From Basidiobolus meristosporus CBS 931.73 (Eukaryota > Fungi > Basidiobolomycota), in the NCBI GenBank assembly GCA_002104905.1, contig MCFE01000455.1:8575-72574 (forward strand): a DNA stretch of 64,000 bases, written 5' to 3'. Shown here piece by piece: positions 48,710-59,907 of the stretch (positions within the stretch are counted from its first letter, which is position 1; each line of letters begins with the position of its first letter). The translations under genes and the position numbers were made by a program. Under the pieces are notes generated by a model. That model did not search any database. It saw only the letters and a list, made by a program, of their open reading frames with translations, and was not told where the DNA came from.

Positions 48710-51459
48710 AGTGATCATCAAATTTTTGATATAAGTAATATCAAGGTCGTCTCACATTTGAGACAGAACCCCTATAAATAAACACCCTGCATATAAATAT
48801 GTCATCTGTAATACCAGTGCAGCTATTGGATCTGTTTTGCACCCATACAATTGCTTGCGTGCTAGCTATGACACCTTGTCCAATCACTAGGATCAGGGAT
48901 TTACTTGCTCAATGGGCAAAATGAGATATTTGATGGCAAATCAGGTAGCTTTTTCAGTAGTCAATGAGCCAATTGGGGGCTGCCAGCTTCAGGATACTTT
49001 TGGACCAATTAACCACTGAGATACCGTCCAATTGGAGTGAGGGTAACCAAAATGGTAAGTATCAGTGTAGTTTATAGTGTGATACACATTTATTTCCATT
49101 TACATTAAAGAAACATATCCAAATATTGGATTTACCTGCCATAATAGAGGTATCCAATTGCGCACATGATGCAAACATTACAAGTTGGCGCGATCATCCG
49201 TGCCAACCTCATTGTGTCAGATTGTGCCATAGTGTGCAAGATTGTTCTGCATAGTGCAAAATCATCCAAGAACAATCCTGCCTTCTGGTAGCTATAATAT
49301 CACGCTCAATTGTTCTTTACAACTGTGGATTGTGCTGCGCACCCTGGCACAGTACAATGGAACAAGTCTATTTGCTATGGGGAGTATGGCACAATAGTCA
49401 CATGCATTATTCTTAGATTTCAGCAGAAGTGGATGAAAAGTTTTGAGGTATATTATCCACCATTGTCAGAGTGTATTTTCTTGTTTTTTTGCCAGTTTCT
49501 CTCCACCATGGCTTTAAGCTCCCTGAGCTTGGGCAGTGCTTCTCTGGCTCTCTCCATGTAGTAGGTCCATGTGTATCTTGAATAATCATCAATATATGTG
49601 ATCAAGTACTTCATCCTGCCTAAGGAAAACCTTTGCTATAGGTCCACACATATCTGAGTGAATGAAATCTAGTTTTTCTTAGTTTTGATTAGCCCAGATC
49701 TCTTACACAGTATTATGGCTTGTTTCCCATGAACATAGGCTTTACAGTGCTACATATTAGCTGGCGGATCAGTCTTTACTCTGGAAATTAGCTGATCTTT
49801 GATCATGTTGCACAAGTATTCAAAATTGACAAGTCCAAATCTCCTGTGCCAAAGCATTGGAGTTTCTTCATTCAAATACTTATATTGGCTTCCAGATATA
49901 TTGGAGCATAAGTCAACTTGCACAGATTTGGATCTCTGATACCCAAAGCAATATGGGCACCATTTTGATCAGTGATCCTGCATCCAGAATTGTCAAAGTG
50001 GACACTGAGTCCTTCTGCAGTGACCCTGCTTACAGATAGTATGTTCTTGGCTATTTCTGGTCCATAGAGCACTTTTGTATAGGTAAGTGTGTGGCTTCCT
50101 TCACTGTTTCTAAGATTCTCTTTGATGGTTCCTCTTCCACTGCATTGAGTGTTCTGTTGTCACCCATGAAAACCATCTTAATTGGAATTTCTTGATATTG
50201 GCTAAAGAGTTTTTTTGGTATGTAAAGTGTTAAGATGCTCCAGAGTCAATATAACAAACCTCAGAATCCTTGTTTGTGCTCATATTTAGTGCTGCTATGA
50301 GTAGTTTAACTTCAATTGTTGCAGCATTTCCATACAAAGACTTTTTCTGTTGACCATCTCTCCTCTTGAGCCACCAATTCAATTGATTCCATTCCTTTTG
50401 TAGTAGCTGAAAAACAGGTTACTATTGCCTTCAAAAGGTCTTGAGTACCTCCTTTGCAGGTTATCATTACTTATTATACCATTTTCTTCTCTCTTCTTAT
50501 TGATCTTTAAATTTCTTAATTCTTTATCCAGGAGGCTTCCATAAGTGTAAGGCCAAATCATCAGTTCTAGACTCTAGGGCAGATACAAGGCTCTGAGACT
50601 TGTCTGTCAGGCTCTTCAGGATGGTAATTAGAACATCCTCATCAGCAATTGGTACACCTAAATATTCCATCTCATTTACCAGCAAGGCAATATTATTTAT
50701 TAGATTTGTCATATATTCTCCTGGTGGCATCTTTGTACTAAAGGATTTTTGCCTAAGATACATTTTCTTAGCAGCTGAACATGACTGATATGTGCCTTCT
50801 AATGCCTTCCAGGCATTTTTTGCAGTTTTTGCTCTTGATCATCAAATAAACAACTTGCATTTGACATTAAGGCAAATGCACTCAAAGGCACTTTGTGCTT
50901 TTTTCTGCTACTTTAAAGCTTCCTCTCCCACATTTCTAGGAGGGCATTCTTCTCCCATGACAATTTGCCAAAGGTCTCTTCCTGATAGGAGCATCTGTAT
51001 CTTCACCTTCCACACTTGATGGTTAGTGCCATCCAACTTTTCAGCAGAGGGAAAAGTTCCAGTAATAGCCATAGTAGACATTGCAGAGAGTGAAAGCTTA
51101 GAGCTCAAAACCTGTTGCAAGAGTCTTGCAGATACTAAAAGTGGTTGGGAGAGCAAGTAGATTATGTGCTTTTCACCTGATAACTTATTGAATGTAAAAG
51201 TAGTATTTATGGTTTCACATGGTCTTGGCATATAGAGCATCTAGAATAGATTTAGAAAGATCCCAAGAAAATCTGTCTAAAGCTTAGGGCTGTTTGAGCC
51301 ACTTTGAGTATTCTCATGTTCTGGGTATCAGATGTTTTGGTAAGAATATTCAAGATGAATCCCGACAAGTAATATGGTCAGTATACTCCATAATTAGTAT
51401 GTAGTAATCTAAGTGACTAAGCTAGATGAATATTTAAGTGGAACTACAAATTTACAACA

Positions 51460-52335
51460 GAAACTCCTCACATATAATTTGGTCATTAGTTGGGGAATAT
51501 TGTTGAAGAGTAAATGCATTGCCCCCCATGGAAGCTTTTGCTTCAATGGATTCCCTCAATCTTTAATAACTTTGATTCATGATTAATTCCATGTAATGGC
51601 CAATGGCTTATAGCCACCAGCTTTACTGTAAGTGCATGCTGACCTCTGGTCATCTCTTTATGGGAAGATAATGTCCTTAGTATTGGTGTTTGGATAATGA
51701 TAATGTGTGTGAGCTATGGAGTAGGCCCCCTGGGTCTCACACATTTGATAGCAATGCTATCCATTGTGTCCAGAAAAGCCAGCTCTCTTGTTGATGACTA
51801 GGTTATCTCCAATGCAGAAAATAATATGTTCTCTAACATGGCAGTCACAGAAAAAGGGTGTTACAGCAAGAACACTTATTGAATGGCGGATTGTGATGGA
51901 GTTACTTGTAGAGTGTAGGGTTGGGCTTAGTGCTATTGCTTGGTACAGCAACTTGGGTAGGTCAGTACAATTGGCAATTGCATTGCAACTAAAAATTGAA
52001 TAGAAATCAATCAACTTGTATGCATGAGAAGTAAGAGAGCTGTTTGAGTCAGTAAGTAAGGAGTGAGAAACAGGTGGCAATAGCCAATCAATGTATACAG
52101 ATGTAGGAGGTGATGCAGTGTCTGGGATCAGAAAGCAAGGGAGTTTGCTGAGAACAATCAGAGTCACTTACATATTGTTGTGATCAGAAGTTTTGACTGG
52201 GTTTTTTGTGAAATCTGGGGTGCAATTATTTTTTTACGGTCTTTACATGGTGGCCTAATGGGATCAATACCTTTTAGTCATAGGATCCTAATTTTGTAAC
52301 ATCCTTTTGATGGGAACCTCACAACTATCTCTCTA
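51460..52335. mobile_element. Internally deleted CACTA derivative
   Basis: A transposase segment equivalent to ~8540-8940 is joined directly to the ORF2 3' end and right terminus equivalent to ~12265-12753. Confidence 0.7.
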
Positions 52336-52537
52336 AGAGCTGATCCAGAAGTCCTGACATCTGCTGTCTATTGAGCTGAAAGAAAAATGTGCAAGAATTG
52401 ACCAAATGGCTTTTGTGGATTCCAAAGATGCTGAAAAGATCACTTGGCTTTGCAAATCAAGCTCAAGGTTGAAAATAGCTATTGGGGGAACATGAACAAT
52501 CTAAGCCCTTTTTAGATGAGTTTTACAACTATAAAGT

Positions 52538-52884
52538 TGTTGTAAGAGTCTTGGAGATATTAGAAATGTTTGGGAGAACAAGTAGATTATGTGGTTTCAC
52601 TTAATGAGCTATTGAATGTAAAGGTAGTATTTATACTTTTACATGGTCTTGGCATTACAAACACATAGAATAGGTTAAGGAAGGTCCCAAGAACATGTGT
52701 GCAAAGTTTGGGGCTGTTTGGACAACTTATCTAACTCTCATGTACTGGGTACCTGGTATTTTGGTGAAAATATTTCAAGTAAATCCCAACAATGAATTTG
52801 ATCAGTATTCTCTAGGATTTGAAGGTAATGATCTAAGTGACTAAGCTAGGTGAATATATAGGTGGAATCACAAATTTTACAACC
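52538..52884 (-). mobile_element. Solo LTR of copia family 1
   Basis: 347 bp with a perfect 5-bp TSD AAAGT. Confidence 0.92.
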
Positions 52885-53140
52885 AAAGTGGTAATCTCTG
52901 TTCTATCAGTATATTCCAATTATACAAAATCAGCTGTATCCATCTAAATCAGTAGATTTGCATTCAGAGTAGCTACCAAGCATCATATGATCCAAAGAAA
53001 GTCATTGATGCTAAAAGAAGACAAAGATGACCATTCTGGATCAGTTTTGTAGATTTTAATAACTAAACAGACATTGTTCATGTGGGGGTAGGTCAACACT
53101 GTTCAGAGCAGAGTGAAAACCTTTTTGGCTATGTTGTTTG

Positions 53141-56100
53141 TGTTGTAAGAGTCTTGGAGATATTGGAAGTGATTTGGAGAACAAGTAGATTATGGGGTTT
53201 TCACTTAATGATTTATTGAATGTAAAAGTAGTATTTATACTTTTACATGGTCTTGGCATTACAAACACGTAGAATAGGTTAAGGAAGGTCCCAAGAACAT
53301 GTGTGCAAAGTTTGGGGCTGTTTGGACAACTTTGAGAATTTTCATGTTCTGGGTACCTGGTATTTTGGTGAAAATATTCTAAGTAAATCCCGACAAGGAA
53401 TTTGGTCAGTATTCTCTAGGATTTGAAGGTGATGATCTAAGTGACTAAGTTAGGTGAATATTTAGGTGGAAAATACGATTTTTTACAACACTCCCACTCA
53501 GCTAAATGTTCATACTGACTAGTCCTAATTTTGACCTAAAATATTCAAACTTGTCTCTAGCTAATGGTTTGGTAAATATGTCTGCAATCATTTCATCTGT
53601 AGGACAGTAAACTAAGCTAACTAAGTTATTCTCTATAGCTTCACGTATGAAATGATGTCTAATATCTATGTGCTTGGTTCTAGCATGAAAAGTTGGATTT
53701 CTACCTAATTGTATACATCCTTGATTATCTTGAAATAAAGTAATAGGCGTTTTTTGACATAGGCCTAAATCTGTAAAGAGCTTTCTTAACCACATTGCTT
53801 CTTTTGTAGCTTCACAGGCTGCCATATACTCTGCCTCTGTAGTAGAAAGTGCTACGGTTGGTTGCTTTCTTGAATTCCATGAAATGGCTCCTTTACAGTA
53901 AAGAAAGGTGTATCCTGTGGTGGATCTTCTGTCTTCTAAATTTCGTCCCCAATCAGCATCAGAGTATCCCACAAGATCCTGTTCTGAATCCTTATAAGTG
54001 TATCTTAAGCAGATATCAGCAGTTCCTTTTAGGTATCTAAAAATCCGCTTAACTGCTGCAATATGATCAGATCCATAGTTCTGATTATGTTGGCTGACAA
54101 CTCCCACTGAATATGAGATATCTGGACGTGTTCCAAGCATGATATACATCAGACTGCCGACCATAGATTGATAAGGAAAGTCAGGGCTTTCAGATGGCAC
54201 CAAGCTCTCTTGATTTGGTTGAGTTTTGACCAAGTTAAGGTTTGTCTCCATTGGGGTAGCTGCCGGTTTACAGTCTTCCATTTGGTACTTCTTTAGTATA
54301 TCTTGAATATACTTGGATTGGCTTAGGGTAATAGTCTGGGTACTTCTGTCTATGGAGAACTTAATCCCTAAGTAGTAACTAAGTTCTCCTAGATCGGACA
54401 TCTTGAACTCCTTAGATAGGCTGGATTTAGTCTATTCCAATGTTTCTAGGTTATTGGCGGCTATAATAAGATCATCCACATATAGAGCTAATAGAACTGG
54501 ATTTGCTCTATCTGGCTTATAGTATATACTATAGTCAGCATTACTCCTTTTGAAACTCAAAGATTCCAAATAAGAATCTATCTTGCAATTCCAGGCTCTC
54601 GGTGATTGTTTGAGACCATATAGTGACTTTTTAAGCTTGCAGACCAAATGGGGGTTATCTTGGTCAACAAACCCATCAGGCTGGTCCATATACACGTCCT
54701 CATCAAGTTCTCCATTCAAAAATGCAGTTTTTACATCCATTTGATGAATAAAAAACTTATATTTGGCTGCAATAGCCAATATTAATCTGATGGAATTAAA
54801 CTTGGCTACCGGTGCAAAGGTCTCAGTATAGTCAAGTCCTTTTGTTTGAGAGTATCCTTTGGCTACAAGTCTTGCTTTGTATCTTTCAATTGTACCATCA
54901 GCCTTGTATTTTGTCTTGAAGACCCATCTGCATCCAATTGATTTTCGGTTGATTGGTAATTTGACTAAGTCCCAAGTTTGATTTTCCATCAGTGCCTGAT
55001 ATTCCTCAGTCATTGCAGATCTCCAAAACTTCGTCTGAGGGCTATTTAGGGCCTCTTTTACAGTCTGGGGTTCATCAATATGGCTGAATAAGCATAGGCT
55101 AAGTTTGTACCCTCATTGATATAGTAATTTGGGCTATTTCTTGTCCAATTGGATCTCCGGGCATTTGATACTGGAATGATCACTTCTGGGATATTCCTGG
55201 GCACTGATTCTGGCTGAACCACGGTTGTAGAGTCCTCTGGAGTGAAAAAATTTTCATTGTTTTGCTCTGATTCAATCCTGACAATTGGTGGACTTGAGAT
55301 CAAATTTTCGTCATCATCTGATGTCATTTTTTGTGAAAATTTTGAATTTTCATCAAACAACACATCCCTGGACTTGATAAGCTTCTTTGCTTTGGTATTG
55401 TAGAGTCTGTATGCCTTACTCTCATTGCAGTAGCCCAAAAATATGCATTTTACACTTTTTGGCTCAAATTTTGACTGATTTCCGGCCAGTTTTTTGGCAT
55501 ATGCTGTGCACCCAAATATTCTTAGATGTTCTGCACTTGGTCTGTATCCATACCATGCTTCAAATGGAGTAGAATCACGAAGTATTCTGTTATAACTCCT
55601 ATTTTTAAGGTATACAGCAGTGGCAACTGATTCCGCCCAAAAATCATAGGATAATGTTTGATCATGGATCATAGATCTTGCCATATCAATTATTGATCTG
55701 TTAGCTCGTTCTGCTACTCCATTTTGCTGTGGGGAGTATGGTACAGTAGTCTCTTGCTTTATCCCATGAATTTTGCAGAAGTGGATGAAGAGTTTTGAGG
55801 TATATTCTCCACCATTGTCAGAGCGTATTTTCTTGATTTTTTCACCAGTTTCTCTCTCCACCATGGCTTTAAACTCCCTGAGCTTAGACAGAGCTTCTTC
55901 CTTTCTCTCCATGAAGTAGACCCATGTGTATCTTGTATAATCATCAATAAAAGTGATTAAATACTTCATCCCGCCTAAGGATAAATTTTGCATAGGTCCA
56001 CACAGATCTGAGTGAATTAGATCTAATTTTTTCTTAGTTTTGATTAACCCAGAGCTCTTGAACGGTTGTCTGGCTTGTTTCCCATATATGCAGGCTTCAC

Positions 56101-57826
56101 AGTGCTCCAAATTAGCTGGGGGATCAATTTTCACTCCAGAAATTAGCTGATCTTTGATCATTTTGCGCAAATAATCAAAATTGATGTGTCCAAATCTCCT
56201 GTGCCAAAGCATTGGTGTTTCTTCATTTAAGTTACTTATATTGGCTTCCAGATATGATGGAATATAAGTCAACTTGTATAGATTCTGATCTCTGATGCCC
56301 GAAGCAATATGAGCACCATTTTGATCAGTGATCCTGCATCCAGAATTGTCAAAACTGAAACTGAGTCCTTCTGCTGTGGCCTTGCTTACAGAGAGTAGGT
56401 TCTTGGCTATTTCTGGTACATAGAGTACTTCTTTAAAGGTCAGTGTATGGCTTCCTTCACTGCTTCTAAGGTTTACTTGGATAGTTCCTTCTCCCACTGC
56501 ATCAAGTGTTCTATCGTCACCCATGAAAACCTTCTTAATTGGAATTTCTTGATATTGGGTAAAAAGTTCTTTTTGGTGTGTAAAGTGTTGAGAAGCTCCA
56601 GAGTCAATATACCACGTCTGAGAATCCTTGTTTGTGGTCATATTTAGTGCAGATATGAATAGTCTATCTTCAGTTGTTGCAGCATTTCCATATTCAGGCT
56701 TCTTTTGCTGATAATCTCTCTTTTTGAGACACCGGTCTGATGTGTGTCCTTTCCTTTTGCAGTAGTTGCAAAATAGGTTGCTGTTGCCTTTGTAGGGTCT
56801 TGGGTACCTCCTTTGTTGGTTATCATTGCTTATTAAAGCATTTTCTTCTTCCTTCTTATTGGCGCTTGATTTTCTTAATTCTTCATCCAGGAGCCTTCCA
56901 TATACGTAATTTAAGGTCAAATCTTCAGTTCTGGACTCTAGGGCTGATACAAGGCCCTGAAACTCGTCTGTCAGGCTATTCAGGATGGTAACTATCACAT
57001 CCTCATCAGTAGTTGGTACGCCCACAGATTCCATCTCATCTACCAGCAGGGTAATTCTGTTAATTAGATTTTTCATTTCTTCTCCTGGCAGCATCTTTGT
57101 AGTAAAGAATTTTTGTCTCAGATACATTTTCTTGGCAGCTGAACATGACTGGTAGGTGTCTTCTAATGCCTTCCAGGCATTCTTTGCCGTTTTTGCTCTT
57201 GAGCATTGAATTAGCAATTTGTCCTTGACATTAAGGCAAATGCAGTTAAAGGCACTTTGTTCTTTCTTCTGGTACTTTAAGGCTTCCTCTCCCACGTTTT
57301 TAGGAGGGCATTCTTCTCCCATGACAATATCCCAAAGGCCTCTTTCTTGTAGCAGCATCTTCATCTTCACCTTCCACACTTGGTAGTTAGATCCATCCAA
57401 CTTTTCAGCAGAGGGAAAAATTCCAGTAATAGCAGTAGTAGACATTGCAGAGAGTGACAGCTCGGGGCTCATAACCTGTTGTAAGAGTCTTGGAGATATT
57501 GGAAGTGATTTGGAGAACAAGTAGATTATGTGGTTTTCACTTAATGATTTATTGAATGTAAAAGTAGTATTTATACTTTTACATGGTCTTGGCATTACAA
57601 ACACGTAGAATAGGTTAAGGAAGGTCCCAAGAACATGTGTGCAAAGTTTGGGGCTGTTTGGACAACTTTGAGAATTTTCATGTTCTGGGTACCTGGTATT
57701 TTGGTGAAAATATTCTAAGTAAATCCCGACAAGGAATTTGGTCAGTATTCTCTAGGATTTGAAGGTGATGATCTAAGTGACTAAGTTAGGTGAATATTTA
57801 GGTGGAAAATACGATTTTTTACAACA
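53141..57826 (-). mobile_element. Full-length, very recent Ty1/copia retrotransposon (4686 bp)
   Basis: 350-bp LTRs 53141-53490 and 57477-57826 differ at one position by eye. Perfect TSD GTTTG, PBS GGTTATGAGCCC abutting the 5' LTR, PPT TGAGTGGGAG, order gag-PR-IN-RT-RH. Confidence 0.97.
53502..57445 (-). pseudogene. copia gag-pol with one frameshift (~55082) and one stop (54432)
   Basis: CNYCKRKGHTSDRC, WYIDSGASQH, CEACIYGK, IHSDLCGP, RSDNGGEY, QQNGVAER, HQMDVKTAFL, SLYGLKQ, LYVDD, GYSDADW, KHIDIRHHF. Confidence 0.95.
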
Positions 57827-58273
57827 GTTTGTGCCACAGAGCCAGGAATTGAGGAAACACCTGATCAGGCATTAATGATAAAACCTAAACTTGGTACAAA
57901 GTAGGTCATGCTATTTACCCTCATAAAGAGTCTATATAATTGAAGCAACTGTACCTGAGACAAAAATAGGCAAGTAGTGAAGTGGTCTAAATGAGTTATA
58001 CTGTTACCTAAGGATATGGAAACACCAGGTCTTCTATAAATGTCTAAGCTTTAACTTGAATCATAGTGGATCATTATACGTAACCCAAATACAGTCTTTA
58101 TGATGCAAGTAACTGTCCCTGAGCCTAATATGGACACACAGTGAAGCTGTCCCAATGAACTAGACTCTAGCCAAGAAATAAGGAAACTCCAGATTTGTTA
58201 TAAATGACAAAACCTTAACCTGACTAAAAGTAGGAACATTTTGCTCAGACAAGTGGCATTGGATTGCCTAGAG

Positions 58274-58621
58274 TGTTGTAAAGCTTGTAGTTCCAACAAA
58301 ATATTCACCTAACTTAGTCACTTAGATCATTACCTTCAAATCCTAGAGAATACTGACCAGATTCCTTGTTGGGATTTACTTAGAGTTATTTCACCAGAAT
58401 ACCAGGTACCCAGAGCATAAAAATTCTCAAAGTTGTCCAAACAGCCCCAAACTTTGCACACATGTTCTTGGGGCCTTTCTTGATCTATTCTACATGCTTA
58501 ATATGCCAAGAGCATGTAAAAGTATAAATACTACTTTTACATTCAATAAATTATTAAGTGGAAACCACATAATCTACTTGTCCTCCAAATCACTTCCAAT
58601 ATCTCCAAGACTCTGACAACA
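58274..58621 (+). mobile_element. Solo LTR of copia family 1, opposite orientation
   Basis: Reverse complement of the 53141-53490 LTR over its full length. Flanks TAGAG/CAAAG match only partly. Confidence 0.85.
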
Positions 58622-58989
58622 CAAAGGCTATATAGCATGATTAGAATCTGAAAATTAAGCTCAGCTCATTACTCATGTATGTGTAAGTGATCAAAGTTGA
58701 TGATCAGTATAACTTTCAGATCACTCTGATTTTGAGGCCTACTATTAGGTAGATAAGAACATTTAGTTACAGGCAACTTTTTCAGCTGAGCTAAACACAA
58801 ATATGTATACTGTTGGATAATACATTGGTTCAGCCAGCAACATGGCTGTAGTTTATATACTTATCACAGATTGCAAACTCTCAATATGTATGTAGGACTA
58901 ATGATCATTATGTTGAGTAGGAGTATTATATTAATTATGCTATCACCTTGATTTTTACACAAACATAGTCACATAGATCTTATGCTGTG

Positions 58990-59907
58990 ATTAGCATTCT
59001 GTCCTGGCCAAATTTCTTGTTGGGTTTTACTTCAAATGTATCTGCCAAATTGTCAGGGACCCAGATTATGACCTTTTCAAAGTTGTCCAAAAGACCACAA
59101 ACTTTGCACACATAGTCTTGGGGCCTCTTTTGACAAGCTCTACACACTCTTTAACTTAGTTTTTGTCTTTGGGAGGGCATTCTCCTCCCATAACAATATC
59201 CCAATGGTCTCTTTCCTGTAGCAACTTCTTCATCTTCACTTTCCAGATTTAGTAGTTGAATCCATCCAAATTTTCAACAGAGGAAAAAATTCCAGGGATG
59301 GTGGTAATAGTCATTGCAGAGAGTGCCAGTTAAGGATTTGTAGCCTGTGGTGAGAGCTTGAAGATATTGGAAGTGATTGCAAGAGCAAAGAGACCATGTG
59401 GTTTTTACTTGACAATTTATCAAGTGTAAAGGTAGTATTTATACTTTTACATGGTCTAGGCAAAACAAGCATGAGGTATACTCTCAGGTAGGCCCCAACA
59501 ACATGTGTGCAAATCTTGGGGCTGTTTGGCCAACTTAACAGAACTTTGTGTTCTGAGTGTTGTAAAAGGTTTGAGGATATTGGAAGTGATTGGGAGAGCA
59601 AGTTGATTATGTGGTAATCACTCAGTGATTTACTGAATGTAAAAGTGGTATTTGTACTATTACACAATCTTGGCAAAACAAACATGTGGAACATGCTTAG
59701 GAAGGTCCCAAGAACAAGTGAGGAAGTTTTGGGGCTGTTTGAACAACTTACTGAACTTTCCATCCTATGGGTACCTGATATTTTGGTGAAAAATATTCAA
59801 AGTAACTCCCAACAAGAAATTTGGTCAGTATTCTCTAGGATTTGTAGTTGATGATCAAAGTGACTCAGTTAGGTGAATATTTAGGTGAAATTACAAAATT
59901 CACAACA
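58990..59907 (-). mobile_element. Stack of decayed copia-1 pieces: LTR fragment, gag start (59140-59330), partial 5' LTR (59346-59557), LTR 59558-59907
   Basis: Similarity to 57270-57826. This is the last recognisable repeat before unique DNA. Confidence 0.75.

Larger units (their letters stand above)
41472..49369 (-). mobile_element. Full-length inverted Pangu copy hosting two later insertions
   Basis: TIRs AGACTTGTTCTG (41472) and GGAACAAGTCT (49359-49369) with a perfect ATT/ATT TSD. Transposase 41645-42530. ORF1 is split at 43512/44584, and the element is split again just past ORF1 at 45309/48710. Confidence 0.92.
40024..51459 (-). mobile_element. Older copia family 1 copy (RT/IN 40024-41471; IN/gag 49370-51112; 5' LTR 51113-51459), split by a Pangu insertion
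   Basis: Colinear with 54256-57826 with deletions. The flanks of the insertion rejoin as tgctactt-ATT-tgctatggggagtat, matching tgctactccATTttgctgtggggagtat in the intact copia. Confidence 0.88.

Noticed and set aside
55058-57604. 848-aa ORF taken as the true copia protein start
   Set aside because: The first ~45 residues come from LTR sequence; the same peptide appears at solo LTRs (53056-53268, 59311-59763). Gag homology begins near MSTTAITG (57445).
52885-58273. Host sequence flanking the young copia (52885-53140, 57827-58273) as a gene or RT remnant
   Set aside because: No open frame or convincing motif; it is CpG-free and probably an unrecognisable old repeat.
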